Below, piece after piece: positions 47,443-56,747 of a DNA stretch of 64,000 nucleotides. Position 1 is the first letter of the stretch, and the number at the start of each line of letters is the position of its first letter. Below the pieces are notes generated by a model, which worked only from the letters and a program-made list of their open reading frames with translations, made no database searches and was not told the origin of the DNA. Source of the DNA: Abditibacterium sp. (GTDB lineage Bacteria; Armatimonadota; Abditibacteriia; Abditibacteriales; Abditibacteriaceae); NCBI GenBank assembly GCA_965199495.1, contig CBDASK010000003.1, positions 4,512,001-4,576,000 of the forward strand, written 5' to 3'. A program made the translations under genes and the position numbers.

Positions 47443-48903
47443 ATGTCAATCAATCTCGACCTCAAGCGAATCGATGCGAACGCCGCACAATTTGCCCCCA
47501 TGCTCAGCCACTTGCAGGGCAACATTCTGAAGGGGCACGGACGCGACCACACCGTCCATTTCTTTTTGCGATTCAACGTCACGGGAACGCACGCGCGTTC
47601 GCATGTGAAGCAGTTGGCGAACCGCTATGTCACTTCGGCATTGAAGCAACGGGACGACAGCAACGACTTCAAAACTTTTGGTATTCCGGGCACGCTCTTT
47701 GGCAACCTACTGTTATCCAGCGATGGCTACCGCGCCCTTGGTTTTACCGATGCCGAAATTGATGAGGCCTTCGATCAGGAACCGGTGCGTAGCGCGGGCG
47801 ATGCCGTAAAGTCGTCCTTCAAAACGGGCATGAAAGAATTCGCTCAAGACGATTTCAATGACCCGCCCGTTATAGATTGGGAAGAGGGTTTTCAGGGTCG
47901 CATTGACGCGATGCTGCTGTTGGCCGACGATGATCCGCAACTGTTGTTGCGCGAGGCGCACGCGGCGCTGGGACGTTTGCGGGAGTTTTGCGACATCGTT
48001 CATGTCGAACACGGCCACGCGCTACGCACGCCCGAAGGCGAAGGCATCGAACACTTCGGTTATGTGGATGGGCGCAGTCAGCCACTTTACTTTAGTCAAG
48101 ACTTCAATCAGGACGAAGGGCCAACCGATGTGTGGGATCCCGCTGAACCGTTGAAACGTGTTCTCGTGGCGGATCCGATGCTTTCGGTCGTTGGAGCCAA
48201 TGCAGCCGATGCCTTTGGCTCTTACTTCGTTTTTCGCAAACTCGAACAGAACGTGTTGGGTTTCAAGACGCGCGAGCGCGAGCTGGCCGAAGCCTTGAAT
48301 TTGGCGGATGTCGAGCGCGAGCGGGCGGGCGCGATGGCGGTTGGACGTTTCGAGGACGGCACGCCGGTGGCTCTATCGCGGAGCGACGGATTTGTGCCCG
48401 TCAAAGACAATAACTTCACCTACGACGTTGATGCCGACGGACTCAAATGTCCCTTTCAAGCTCACATTCGCAAAGCGAATCCGCGCGGTGACATCGAGCG
48501 CAAACTCGTTCCCGGTGGCGACCTCGAACAGTTGGAGCGCAGCCGCCGCGTCACGCGACGCGGCATTCCTTTTGGACAGCGCGACACCCATCCGCAATCG
48601 TTCCAGTCACTCGATGAATTGCCCAGTCACGGCGTAGGGTTGCTGTTCATGTGCTTTGGATCCAGCATCGCCAATCAGTTCGGTTTCATGCAAAAGTCGT
48701 GGATTAACAACGCGGACTTTGTGCTTCCCGGCACTGGAGTTGATCCGGTCGTCGCAGAAAATGACAGTGCGCCTGTGCCGCAAGAATGGCCCACGGAATG
48801 GGGCAAAAACGGAAAAACGCCGTTCTCCTTTGAGGGGTTCGTCCATTTCAAAGGCGGCGAGTTCTTTTTTGCTCCCAGCATTCCCTTCTTTAAAAAGTTG
48901 TAG
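47443..48903 (+). CDS. Dyp-type (dye-decolorizing) heme peroxidase
   Basis: QGNILKGHGR, EHFGYVDGRSQP (GxxDG), AHIRKANPR proximal His, RRGIPFG, GLLFMC; SD AAGGAG. Confidence 0.9.
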   Translation: MSINLDLKRIDANAAQFAPMLSHLQGNILKGHGRDHTVHFFLRFNVTGTHARSHVKQLANRYVTSALKQRDDSNDFKTFGIPGTLFGNLLLSSDGYRALGFTDAEIDEAFDQEPVRSAGDAVKSSFKTGMKEFAQDDFNDPPVIDWEEGFQGRIDAMLLLADDDPQLLLREAHAALGRLREFCDIVHVEHGHALRTPEGEGIEHFGYVDGRSQPLYFSQDFNQDEGPTDVWDPAEPLKRVLVADPMLSVVGANAADAFGSYFVFRKLEQNVLGFKTRERELAEALNLADVERERAGAMAVGRFEDGTPVALSRSDGFVPVKDNNFTYDVDADGLKCPFQAHIRKANPRGDIERKLVPGGDLEQLERSRRVTRRGIPFGQRDTHPQSFQSLDELPSHGVGLLFMCFGSSIANQFGFMQKSWINNADFVLPGTGVDPVVAENDSAPVPQEWPTEWGKNGKTPFSFEGFVHFKGGEFFFAPSIPFFKKL

Positions 48904-48924
48904 AAGATTGGATTAATCCCATTG

Positions 48925-48961
48925 AAAATCCTGCCTATATGGAAGTCGGCAGGATTTTTTT
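48925..48961. terminator. Intrinsic terminator between convergent dyp and M42 genes
   Basis: AAAATCCTGCC...GGCAGGATTTTTT. Confidence 0.75.
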
Positions 48962-48976
48962 GGTCGTCGTTTTAAA

Positions 48977-50032
48977 TTACTCCAACGCCTCGTCCAACAA
49001 ATAAGCCACGACCAAATTCGTCGTCGCCACCAACCCGTCCAAATGCGTGCGCTCGACGCCGTGCGTCGCGTCAACACCCGGCCCGATGAGAGCCACGCGC
49101 GCGTCGGCGCCCGATTTCCATAAGGCGTCGCCGTCGCTGCAATAGTGCGGAAAGGTGTCAACGACCAAATCAATATCAAACTCGCGCGCCAACCGTTTCA
49201 GACGGCGGCGCATTTTTAGGTCATACGGGCCGTCGTCGTCGCGCGCGCAGACGGTGCAACGATGTTCGTCGCTGTGCTGGCCTTGGCCGGTTGGCGCGAT
49301 GTCGAGCGCGAGCATTTCGTGAACTGCGGACGAGACATTAGTCGCGCCGCCATGACCGACTTCCTCGTAATTGGGAATGTGAATCGTTGTGTTTTGCGCC
49401 GGTTTGAGTCCGGCATCGTGCAAGGCTTTGACGGCAGTGAGCAGACAAGCCACGAGCGCTTTGTCGTCGAGAAAACGCGCGCGAATATAATCGTGATTCC
49501 ATTCGGGCGACGAATCGAACGCAACACAATCGCCCACGCAAACGCCCAATTTTTCCAGTTCGTCGCCCGTGCGCGCGGGCGTGTCCAAGCGCACTTCCAT
49601 GTGCGCGTCGTCGCGCGGCGTTTCGCCGTTGCCGCTGGCATGAATGTGATGCGAAGCGTTGGTCACCAAAACAACGCCGCGAAATTCGGTGCCGTCGTCG
49701 GTCGTGACCGTGACGGTTAAGTTTTCGATGCTATTCCACGAGTAATTGCCCAACTTGGCGAGCGTAATTCGTCCGTTGGGTTTAATCGCTTTGACGACGG
49801 CGCCCAGCGTATCAACATGCGCGGTCACGGCGCGCGGCGCGCTGTCGGATTTGCCGGTCATTTGTCCGGTCACGACGCCTTTGCGCCCGACTTCGACGCG
49901 GAAATCGAACTGGCACAAAAGTTCGACGCACAAATCGGAACCACGCTGAGTGAAACCAACGGGCGAAGGTGTATTGAGCAGACGGGTCAGCGTGGAACGC
50001 AGGTAAGAAATATCGAGAGACGGCAGAGACAC
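48977..50032 (-). CDS. M42-family metallopeptidase
   Basis: PSPVGFT, AHVDTLG, LDDKA, YEEVGHG, GPGVDATHG.ER. Confidence 0.85.
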   Translation of the reverse strand: MSLPSLDISYLRSTLTRLLNTPSPVGFTQRGSDLCVELLCQFDFRVEVGRKGVVTGQMTGKSDSAPRAVTAHVDTLGAVVKAIKPNGRITLAKLGNYSWNSIENLTVTVTTDDGTEFRGVVLVTNASHHIHASGNGETPRDDAHMEVRLDTPARTGDELEKLGVCVGDCVAFDSSPEWNHDYIRARFLDDKALVACLLTAVKALHDAGLKPAQNTTIHIPNYEEVGHGGATNVSSAVHEMLALDIAPTGQGQHSDEHRCTVCARDDDGPYDLKMRRRLKRLAREFDIDLVVDTFPHYCSDGDALWKSGADARVALIGPGVDATHGVERTHLDGLVATTNLVVAYLLDEALE

Positions 50033-50047
50033 GAAGGCGCGCTGTTT

Positions 50048-50063
50048 TGCACGCGGCGTGCCA
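50048..50063 (-). promoter_or_regulatory. Candidate sigma-54 -24/-12 promoter
   Basis: Minus strand TGGCACGCCGCGTGCA, one mismatch from TGGCACG-N4-TTGCA, just upstream of the GTG start. Confidence 0.6.
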
Positions 50064-50254
50064 TAAGTTTTGATTCGCCACAAAGTTAACAGAAGAGAAC
50101 GAAGAAATTAAACGTAAAAACACGAACATAAATTGTGGTTCTTCTACATTTTAATTTCTTCGTATTCTCTGTGCCCCTCTGTGCGTTCTCTGTGAACTCT
50201 GTGGCTAAAAACATTCGCAATTTCGCTAAATATCGCCATACTGGGGCGACGACT

Positions 50255-51346
50255 ATGACAATCGGAATTTTAGGCGGCGGCCAGCTCGCGCGCATGTTGG
50301 CGTTGGCGGGTTATCCGCTCGGTTTGCAATTCAAGATATTCGACGCCGCGCCCGACGCGCCCGCCGGACAACTCGCGCCCCTCCTCGCCGAAGACCCCAA
50401 CGACACGCCCGCGCTGCTGTGGTTTTCGCGCGGCCTCGATGCCATCACCTACGAATGGGAAAACGTGCCCGTCGCTTCGACGCGTTATTTAGAGCAGCGC
50501 GTCCCGGTTTTCCCGCCGCCGCGCGCTTTGGAAATCGCGCAAGACCGCGTCATCGAAAAAACCTTTTTCCGCGATTTGGGCGTGCCCGTCCCGCCATTTG
50601 TCGCCGTCGAAACGCGCGCCGAACTGGACGCCGCCGTCAGCGAATTGGGCTTGCCGTGCATCTTGAAAACGCGACGTTTTGGTTACGACGGCAAAGGCCA
50701 ATTTCGTCTCGAAACGCCGCGCGATATTGATAAAGCGTGGCAAGAACTGGGCGGCGTGCCTTTGATTACGGAAGGTTTCGTGCCGTTTACGCGCGAATTA
50801 TCAATCATCGTGGCGCGCGCGCAAGATGGCGAAAAGCAGTTTTATCCGCTCGTCGAAAATCATCACGCGCAGGGTATTTTGCGATTGTCCATCGCGCCCG
50901 CGCCCGATACTGCCGACTTACAAGCCACGGCGCAGGACTACATCGCGCGCATCGCCGACGAGTTGAATTACGTCGGCGTTTTGGCGCTCGAACTGTTTCA
51001 AGTCGGCGACGAATTATTGGCCAACGAAATCGCGCCGCGCGTGCATAATTCGGGACATTGGACAATCGAAGGCAGCCAAACCAGCCAATTCGAGAATCAC
51101 CTGCGCGCCGTGGCTGGCTTGCCGTTGGGCGCGACAAACATGAAAGCGCCGTTTGCCGCGATGATTAATCTCATCGGCGTTTTGCCGCCTTTATGCGATG
51201 TTTTGCAAATTCCCGGCGCCAGCGCGCACTATTACGGCAAAGAAATTAAGCCGAATCGCAAAGTCGGACATATTACGGTTGTTGCGCAAACGATGGACGA
51301 ATTGCGCGAGCGGATTGCGGCGGCGCAAAAATTGGCGAAAATTTAA
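50255..51346 (+). CDS. purK: N5-carboxyaminoimidazole ribonucleotide synthase
   Basis: GILGGGQLARM, TYEWENV, GYDGKGQ, NEIAPRVHNSGHWT, SQFENHLRA, RKVGH. Confidence 0.95.
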   Translation: MTIGILGGGQLARMLALAGYPLGLQFKIFDAAPDAPAGQLAPLLAEDPNDTPALLWFSRGLDAITYEWENVPVASTRYLEQRVPVFPPPRALEIAQDRVIEKTFFRDLGVPVPPFVAVETRAELDAAVSELGLPCILKTRRFGYDGKGQFRLETPRDIDKAWQELGGVPLITEGFVPFTRELSIIVARAQDGEKQFYPLVENHHAQGILRLSIAPAPDTADLQATAQDYIARIADELNYVGVLALELFQVGDELLANEIAPRVHNSGHWTIEGSQTSQFENHLRAVAGLPLGATNMKAPFAAMINLIGVLPPLCDVLQIPGASAHYYGKEIKPNRKVGHITVVAQTMDELRERIAAAQKLAKI

Positions 51347-52089
51347 AATCCTATCGAGGTGCCGGGGACAAACTCTGGATCGGCATTGGGCTTCAAGGCG
51401 CGCGCGGCAAATTCAGCGATTTTGGGGTCGTCGGATTTGAGCAATGGTTCGATGGCCGCAGCCACGTCATCGTTCTGGAAGTCGCCTACACCATGACGCT
51501 GAGCCATATGCGACAAATTTCTAATACCCGTAATCACGTCTGATGTATTTTTGCTTTCGAGCAATGCGGTAGTTTGCTGCCAAACGATTTGCTTTATATC
51601 GCCAGAAACAGGCGCATCATCGGGCGCGAGCAAAGCGCCCTGAGAATCAGAAGAGCGAAAAGGTAAGCCATAAAGTTCAAGAGCAGACCATTCGAGAGGA
51701 AACCATTCGTCTGCATCGCGAGCGGCCCACAACAGATAAGAGCGTCCGGGAAGAAATTCATAAATTGTGACGCCGCCGTTCGCAACAATCAACGGATAAT
51801 TTTGGGCCGACGATTTACAATGAAAGTCGAATTCGTCTTTCGCTTTCAAATCGCCTTTTAAAACTGAGACAACGCGAAAGTGAGTCACGGCATCAACTGG
51901 CCCGCTAAACCGACCGACGAAGAGGTTTTTCGGCTCGGCTTTTTCCGTTGAAAGCGCGGTTACTTTCACAATAATTTGAGCTTTCTCGTTGAGTTTTTCG
52001 ATTGGGAGCGGCGGATAAACGGGGCTGGCGTGCGCCGGGATGCTTATCGCGGATAAAGCAAACAGAGCGAGAATTAAGAGCTTGCGCAT
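51343..52089 (-). CDS. Hypothetical secreted protein with a C-terminal HEAT-like segment
   Basis: Signal peptide (AHA), lower GC. Confidence 0.55.
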   Translation of the reverse strand: MRKLLILALFALSAISIPAHASPVYPPLPIEKLNEKAQIIVKVTALSTEKAEPKNLFVGRFSGPVDAVTHFRVVSVLKGDLKAKDEFDFHCKSSAQNYPLIVANGGVTIYEFLPGRSYLLWAARDADEWFPLEWSALELYGLPFRSSDSQGALLAPDDAPVSGDIKQIVWQQTTALLESKNTSDVITGIRNLSHMAQRHGVGDFQNDDVAAAIEPLLKSDDPKIAEFAARALKPNADPEFVPGTSIGF

Positions 52090-52140
52090 GAGGGTAATTT
52101 AAATGGACAAGCGTTTGGATCGCCAAGTTACGAATTCGGA

Positions 52141-52250
52141 GCGATTTGTAGAGACACCGACTTGTCGTGTCTAAAACGTAAATGGACTCGCGAGATTTTG
52201 CAAGAGCTTTTACGTTTTAGACACGACAAGTCGGTGTCTCTACAAATCGC
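52141..52250. repeat. REPIN-like element, GTAGAGAC family (perfect 42-bp arms)
   Basis: GCGATTTGTAGAGACACCGACTTGTCGTGTCTAAAACGTAAA and its reverse complement. Confidence 0.85.
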
Positions 52251-52252
52251 GA

Positions 52253-52891
52253 CTAAATTTTCGGCACCTCGATTTCAAACTCTTCCGACATCACCGAATA
52301 CGACGAATCGCGGCTTTCGATAATTAAGATATGTTTGCCGACCGGCATGCGCACGCGCGGGAACTGCGGCGCCCAATTTTCCATGACGGCATCTATATAC
52401 GGTTCGTCGCCGATGAACTTCTTTTCGTGCAGCCAATACGCCGTGGCTCCGTGCGCCTCGTCGAAGGCAATCGTGGTAAAAACTTGTTTGACCGGCTTGA
52501 AATGCGTGACGACGACGCTCGACACGTCAATTGGCGAAACACGGGCCTCGGCAATCAAACGCGGGTCGGGAAAGCCCAAATTGAGTAAGGCTTCGGCTTG
52601 TGCGTCCGCGTCATCGGCGTGGGTTTGGACGATATGGGCGAACAATTCTTGCAGCGATTTTTGCGCATTGGAAAAAGGCGTGCCAATGTTTCCGCCGTCT
52701 TCGATGGCTTTATAAAGCGATTCGCGAGCAGTAAAAAGGGGGCGTGCCAAAGTTTCGGCATTTTCTGGCACACTATTGGAATAAGGCGGACGGTGCAAAA
52801 CACCGATGACCTGCGACAACCTCACCAAGGCCGCGCCCGGATTGGGCGGCGTGATGGTGGACTCGTCGCTCTTGAACGGATCGATTTTCAT
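52253..52891 (-). CDS. Hypothetical protein
   Basis: 212-aa ORF from ATG 52891; the longer track start runs through a repeat. Confidence 0.6.
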   Translation of the reverse strand: MKIDPFKSDESTITPPNPGAALVRLSQVIGVLHRPPYSNSVPENAETLARPLFTARESLYKAIEDGGNIGTPFSNAQKSLQELFAHIVQTHADDADAQAEALLNLGFPDPRLIAEARVSPIDVSSVVVTHFKPVKQVFTTIAFDEAHGATAYWLHEKKFIGDEPYIDAVMENWAPQFPRVRMPVGKHILIIESRDSSYSVMSEEFEIEVPKI

Positions 52892-52910
52892 CGCCGCAAA
52901 GTCTAATCTA

Positions 52911-53021
52911 AGGGACAGGGAACAAGGAGCAAGGGACAAGGGAAATGCAGAAAATTTGAAGCCAGAACGCTTGGCCTGCTCGATTATTTCCTTGTTCACT
53001 GTCCCTTTCTACTTGTCCCTT
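52911..53021. repeat. Inverted heptamer-like arrays (AGGGACA type)
   Basis: AGGGACAGGGAACAAGGAGCAAGGGACAAGGG ... CCTTGTTCACTGTCCCTTTCTACTTGTCCCTT. Confidence 0.55.
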
Positions 53022-53044
53022 CAACCGTAGGTTTAATTCAAATT

Positions 53045-54511
53045 ATGGCCCAAAACATGGGAATGTCGCAGGGGCAAGAGCAAACGCTCAACCCCAAAAT
53101 GATCGCGTTTTATGAGCTGCTTCAACAGCCAAACGTCAACCTCGACCAGGCGATCAATTCTGAACTCGAAGAAAACCCGGCATTAGATATTTCCGCCGAG
53201 CGCACCTGTCCGGCGTGCGGCGCGCTGATGCCCGCCGCCGTCTGTCGCGAGTGCGGCTACAAACTCACGCGCGAAGACGAAAAAGAGGCCGAACAAGAAC
53301 AAGAGCGCGACCAAATCGTGGACGTTTCTATTGAAGCCTCGCCGATGGAAAAGCCGACCTACACTGGCGACGATGACGGATTTGATGTCATGGCACGGCT
53401 ATCAGCCACCGAGACGCTGACGGCGCATTTGCAGTGGTTATGGCGTTTGTCCTGCACCGACGAAACGCGCGCGCTGGGCGAACATATCATCGGCTGCATC
53501 AACGACGACGGCTATCTCGATACCGATCTGGAAACGTTATCCGAAGGTCTCGATATTCCCCTCGCCGAAGTCGAAGCGGTTTTGACCGACATCCAAAATC
53601 TCGAACCGGCGGGCGTCGGCGCGCGCACCCTGCGCGAGTGTTTAAGATTGCAACTGGTACATCGCGAAAAGGGCGCCAAATCCGAAATCGCGCAGTTGGC
53701 TTTGAAGCTGATTGACGATCACTGGCAACCGATGGCGCGCCATTCCTATGAAGACATCGCGCGCAAACTCAAAACGACCGTCGAGCGCGTGCAGGAAGGC
53801 GCCGATTTTATTCGCACCGAACTCACGCCCTATCCGGGACGGCAGTTTCGGCCTTCGTGGGAATCGGGCGCCAACGGCGGCGCCGGGCGCGTGCGGCCCG
53901 ATGTCGAAATTAAACCGATTTCGGGCAAACCCGGCGAATATACGGTGGAGGTCATCGAATCGCGCAGTTTGGGTCTGCGCGTCAACGCGGTTTACCGGCA
54001 ACTTTGGGACGCGATGCGCAAAGACCCGGCGGGCTATTCGAGCAACGACCGCGAACACGTTCAGGTTTATCTGACGCGCGCCCGCGAATTCATTGACAAT
54101 TTGAATCAGCGCCGCAAAACCTTGAAATTGATTATCGAGGCCGTCGCGCGCGAACAGGGCGCGTATTTGGAAGACGGCTTGCATTCGCTCAAACCGTTGA
54201 CGCGCCTGAGCGTGGCTCATCATCTGGGCTTGCACGAATCCACCGTCGGGCGTGCGGTTTCGGGCAAATACGCGCAGTTGCCCAACGGCGAAGTCGTCGG
54301 CTGCGAAGTGTTTTTCGATGCCTCGCTGAGCGTCAAAGAAGTCATCAAAGATTTGCTGGCGACCGAAAATCCGCGCAAACCGTTTTCGGACGAACAAATC
54401 TCGGCAGAACTCGCTAAAAAAGGCATAGAAATCGCGAGACGCACCGTCACTAAATATCGCGAAGCCCTCAAAATTCCGCCCGCCGCGCAACGGCGGCGCT
54501 ACGATAATTAA
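53045..54511 (+). CDS. rpoN: RNA polymerase sigma-54 factor
   Basis: LEENPAL, EPAGVGARTLRECL, HESTVGRA, RpoN box ARRTVTKYRE. Confidence 0.95.
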   Translation: MAQNMGMSQGQEQTLNPKMIAFYELLQQPNVNLDQAINSELEENPALDISAERTCPACGALMPAAVCRECGYKLTREDEKEAEQEQERDQIVDVSIEASPMEKPTYTGDDDGFDVMARLSATETLTAHLQWLWRLSCTDETRALGEHIIGCINDDGYLDTDLETLSEGLDIPLAEVEAVLTDIQNLEPAGVGARTLRECLRLQLVHREKGAKSEIAQLALKLIDDHWQPMARHSYEDIARKLKTTVERVQEGADFIRTELTPYPGRQFRPSWESGANGGAGRVRPDVEIKPISGKPGEYTVEVIESRSLGLRVNAVYRQLWDAMRKDPAGYSSNDREHVQVYLTRAREFIDNLNQRRKTLKLIIEAVAREQGAYLEDGLHSLKPLTRLSVAHHLGLHESTVGRAVSGKYAQLPNGEVVGCEVFFDASLSVKEVIKDLLATENPRKPFSDEQISAELAKKGIEIARRTVTKYREALKIPPAAQRRRYDN

Positions 54512-54664
54512 GGAGACGAGGGAAACGGGAGACAAGGGAGACAGAAATTGGCGGGCGGATTGTTGACGATAGCGCCAAACCTCATTGCTGACACTACGCT
54601 AAAACGCCGCCGCTTTAACTTCTGTCTCCCTTGTCTCCCTTGTCTCCCGTCTCCCTCGTCTCCT
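54511..54664. repeat. Inverted arrays of GGGAGACAA-type short repeats
   Basis: AGGAGACGAGGGAAACGGGAGACAAGGGAGACAGAA ... TTCTGTCTCCCTTGTCTCCCTTGTCTCCCGTCTCCCTCGTCTCCT. Confidence 0.7.
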
Positions 54665-54674
54665 GCAAAAACCT

Positions 54675-55403
54675 ATGCAGCCCTCATCACACTCCGAAAA
54701 CTATGAAATTGACGTTCAGGCGCTGATGCGTGGCTTGGTTCACGAACTGCGCAATCCGCTGTCGGCGGTTTTGACGGCCTCAAGCCTGATTCAGGGCGGC
54801 ACCGATGTGGACGAAGAAACCGCGATGCTGCTGGATGTCATCGAGAAAGAAGCGCGCCGCATGAACCGCATTTTGACCGAGTTCTCGCATTTCGTTAAAC
54901 CGCCGAAACCCAATGTCGAACCTTTCGACTTGGGCGCACTGGTTTGTGGCGTGGCTACATCGCTCGAAACCGAAGGCGCCTTCGAGGGCGTCGAAATCAG
55001 TCATCTCATGGAACGGCCCGTGATGGTGATTGGCGACCCAGCCCAAACCGAGCAAGCGTTGCAGCACATTTTGGAAAACGCGGCGCAGGCGTTGCAACAC
55101 GGCGGCTCGATGCAACTGTGGGCCGAAACCGACGGCGATCAGGGTTGCGTCCTCATCGAAGATTCGGGCGGCAAAGTGAGCGATAACGTCATCGAACACG
55201 CGTTTCAACCGTTCTTCTCGACCAAACCCGCAGCCACTGGCCTGGGGCTTTCCATTGCGCGCATCACAATTCTGGCGATGAACGGCGATATTACGCTCGA
55301 ATCGGGCGAACACGGCGCGCGCTTGCGTTTGTGCTTGCCTTTGTCCGCGTCAAACGAAACGCCAAACGACTTTTTTCAGGCCGCTCCGGTTTCAACTTTA
55401 TAA
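54675..55403 (+). CDS. Cytoplasmic histidine kinase (HisKA plus HATPase only, no sensor domain)
   Basis: HELRNPL H-box, ENA N-box, DSG, FQPFFSTK..TGLGL. Confidence 0.85.
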   Translation: MQPSSHSENYEIDVQALMRGLVHELRNPLSAVLTASSLIQGGTDVDEETAMLLDVIEKEARRMNRILTEFSHFVKPPKPNVEPFDLGALVCGVATSLETEGAFEGVEISHLMERPVMVIGDPAQTEQALQHILENAAQALQHGGSMQLWAETDGDQGCVLIEDSGGKVSDNVIEHAFQPFFSTKPAATGLGLSIARITILAMNGDITLESGEHGARLRLCLPLSASNETPNDFFQAAPVSTL

Positions 55404-55415
55404 CAATTTCCGACC

Positions 55416-56573
55416 ATGAAACACAACTTTAGCAAAGCCTTAACGCTCGCCCTCTGTTGCGCCGTGGCTGGTAGCGCGACAATCGCGAACGCCCAATATA
55501 AGTTGAGCGCGCCGCCCGGCTGGACGCAAAACCAGAGCGGCGGAAATTTAGTTTGGACGCGTGGCGCATCCAAAATCAAGTTGTCGGCGGCCACGCAAAC
55601 TCAAAACGTCGAGGCGTTTTTCCGCTCGCAAATCGCTAAAGACGCGAGTTATCGCGGCGCTGTGCGCAGCAAAGGCGAAATTCGCCCCACCGACAACGGC
55701 GCCTTTTCGACGGTTTACACGTTCGCGAATTCGGTCGTGGCTTATGTCGCCTTTAAACGGAGCGACGGCACGCGTTTTATCGCGCTCTCCTCGCCCGATC
55801 TTCAAACTTTGCAGCGCGATTTGCCCGCGCTCAAAAATATCGCGACCCAACTTCAACACAGCGGCTCGACGCAGCCACGTCCGGCCAGCGCCGCGACAAA
55901 AAGCAGCGTAGCGCCCGCGAAAACGATGTATCAAGCCGTGCCGGGCAAGCAGTATTTGTCGCCGTCGCAAATCGTCGGCGTCTACCTTAACGAAAGTTAT
56001 ACGTCGGGCGTCGGCGGCATGGTCGTTTTGCAATACGATCCGGTTTTGCTGCTGCGCGACGGCACGGCCTACGAAGATTTCGACGTGCCGCCGACCGAGC
56101 TGAACGTCGCCAGCTTCAAAAAGGCGCATCCGAAAAGTTGGGGGCGCTGGACGAAAACCGCCGCAGGTTTCAGCGTGCGCTTCAACGGCGACAAGTCGTC
56201 GTCCGACATCAAGGCGAGTTTCAAAGTCAAGCCCGCGTCCGCCGGACAGAAGTTGGCGGGCGAATACACCAGCATTGGCGGCGGCGGCAACACGGCGTTG
56301 GGCGGAAGCGTGATGGTCGCTTATTCCGATACTTATGTTTTCGACCGCAACGGTCGCTTTTCGGGCGAACGCGCGGGCGGCGGCAACGCGCCGGGTGTCG
56401 CGGTCGCGTCCAGCTCGAAAAACGCCGGAACTTACACGCTTTCGGGTTACACATTGCGCCTGAAATATAATGATGGGCGCGTTGTGCGGCGTCTCTTCTA
56501 TTTCTATCCCGACAAAGACCGCGCCGACAAATCGGTCGTCGGCATCGGCGGTTCTTCCTATATCGCGCAGTGA
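55416..56573 (+). CDS. Secreted hypothetical protein
   Basis: Signal peptide (ANA); C-terminal GTY.L.GYTL.L.Y.DG pattern. Confidence 0.65.
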   Translation: MKHNFSKALTLALCCAVAGSATIANAQYKLSAPPGWTQNQSGGNLVWTRGASKIKLSAATQTQNVEAFFRSQIAKDASYRGAVRSKGEIRPTDNGAFSTVYTFANSVVAYVAFKRSDGTRFIALSSPDLQTLQRDLPALKNIATQLQHSGSTQPRPASAATKSSVAPAKTMYQAVPGKQYLSPSQIVGVYLNESYTSGVGGMVVLQYDPVLLLRDGTAYEDFDVPPTELNVASFKKAHPKSWGRWTKTAAGFSVRFNGDKSSSDIKASFKVKPASAGQKLAGEYTSIGGGGNTALGGSVMVAYSDTYVFDRNGRFSGERAGGGNAPGVAVASSSKNAGTYTLSGYTLRLKYNDGRVVRRLFYFYPDKDRADKSVVGIGGSSYIAQ

Positions 56574-56747
56574 GGCGACGCGTGCGCGCCGGTGTTGTGA
56601 ATTAAGGCAAAACCCTACTGAACAGAACTCGTCCGATTTGTTAAGCTAAATAACAAAGCAGCCACGCTTTTCGCACCCACATTCAACGCGGAAAGCGTGT
56701 TTTTTTGCGCGTTGGAGCCGCAGCGACGCGCCGATTCGATTTCCCCA

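Noticed and set aside
52110..52125. GG-N10-GC match upstream of 51343..52089
   Set aside because: Poor match in the -12 element and flanks; likely chance.
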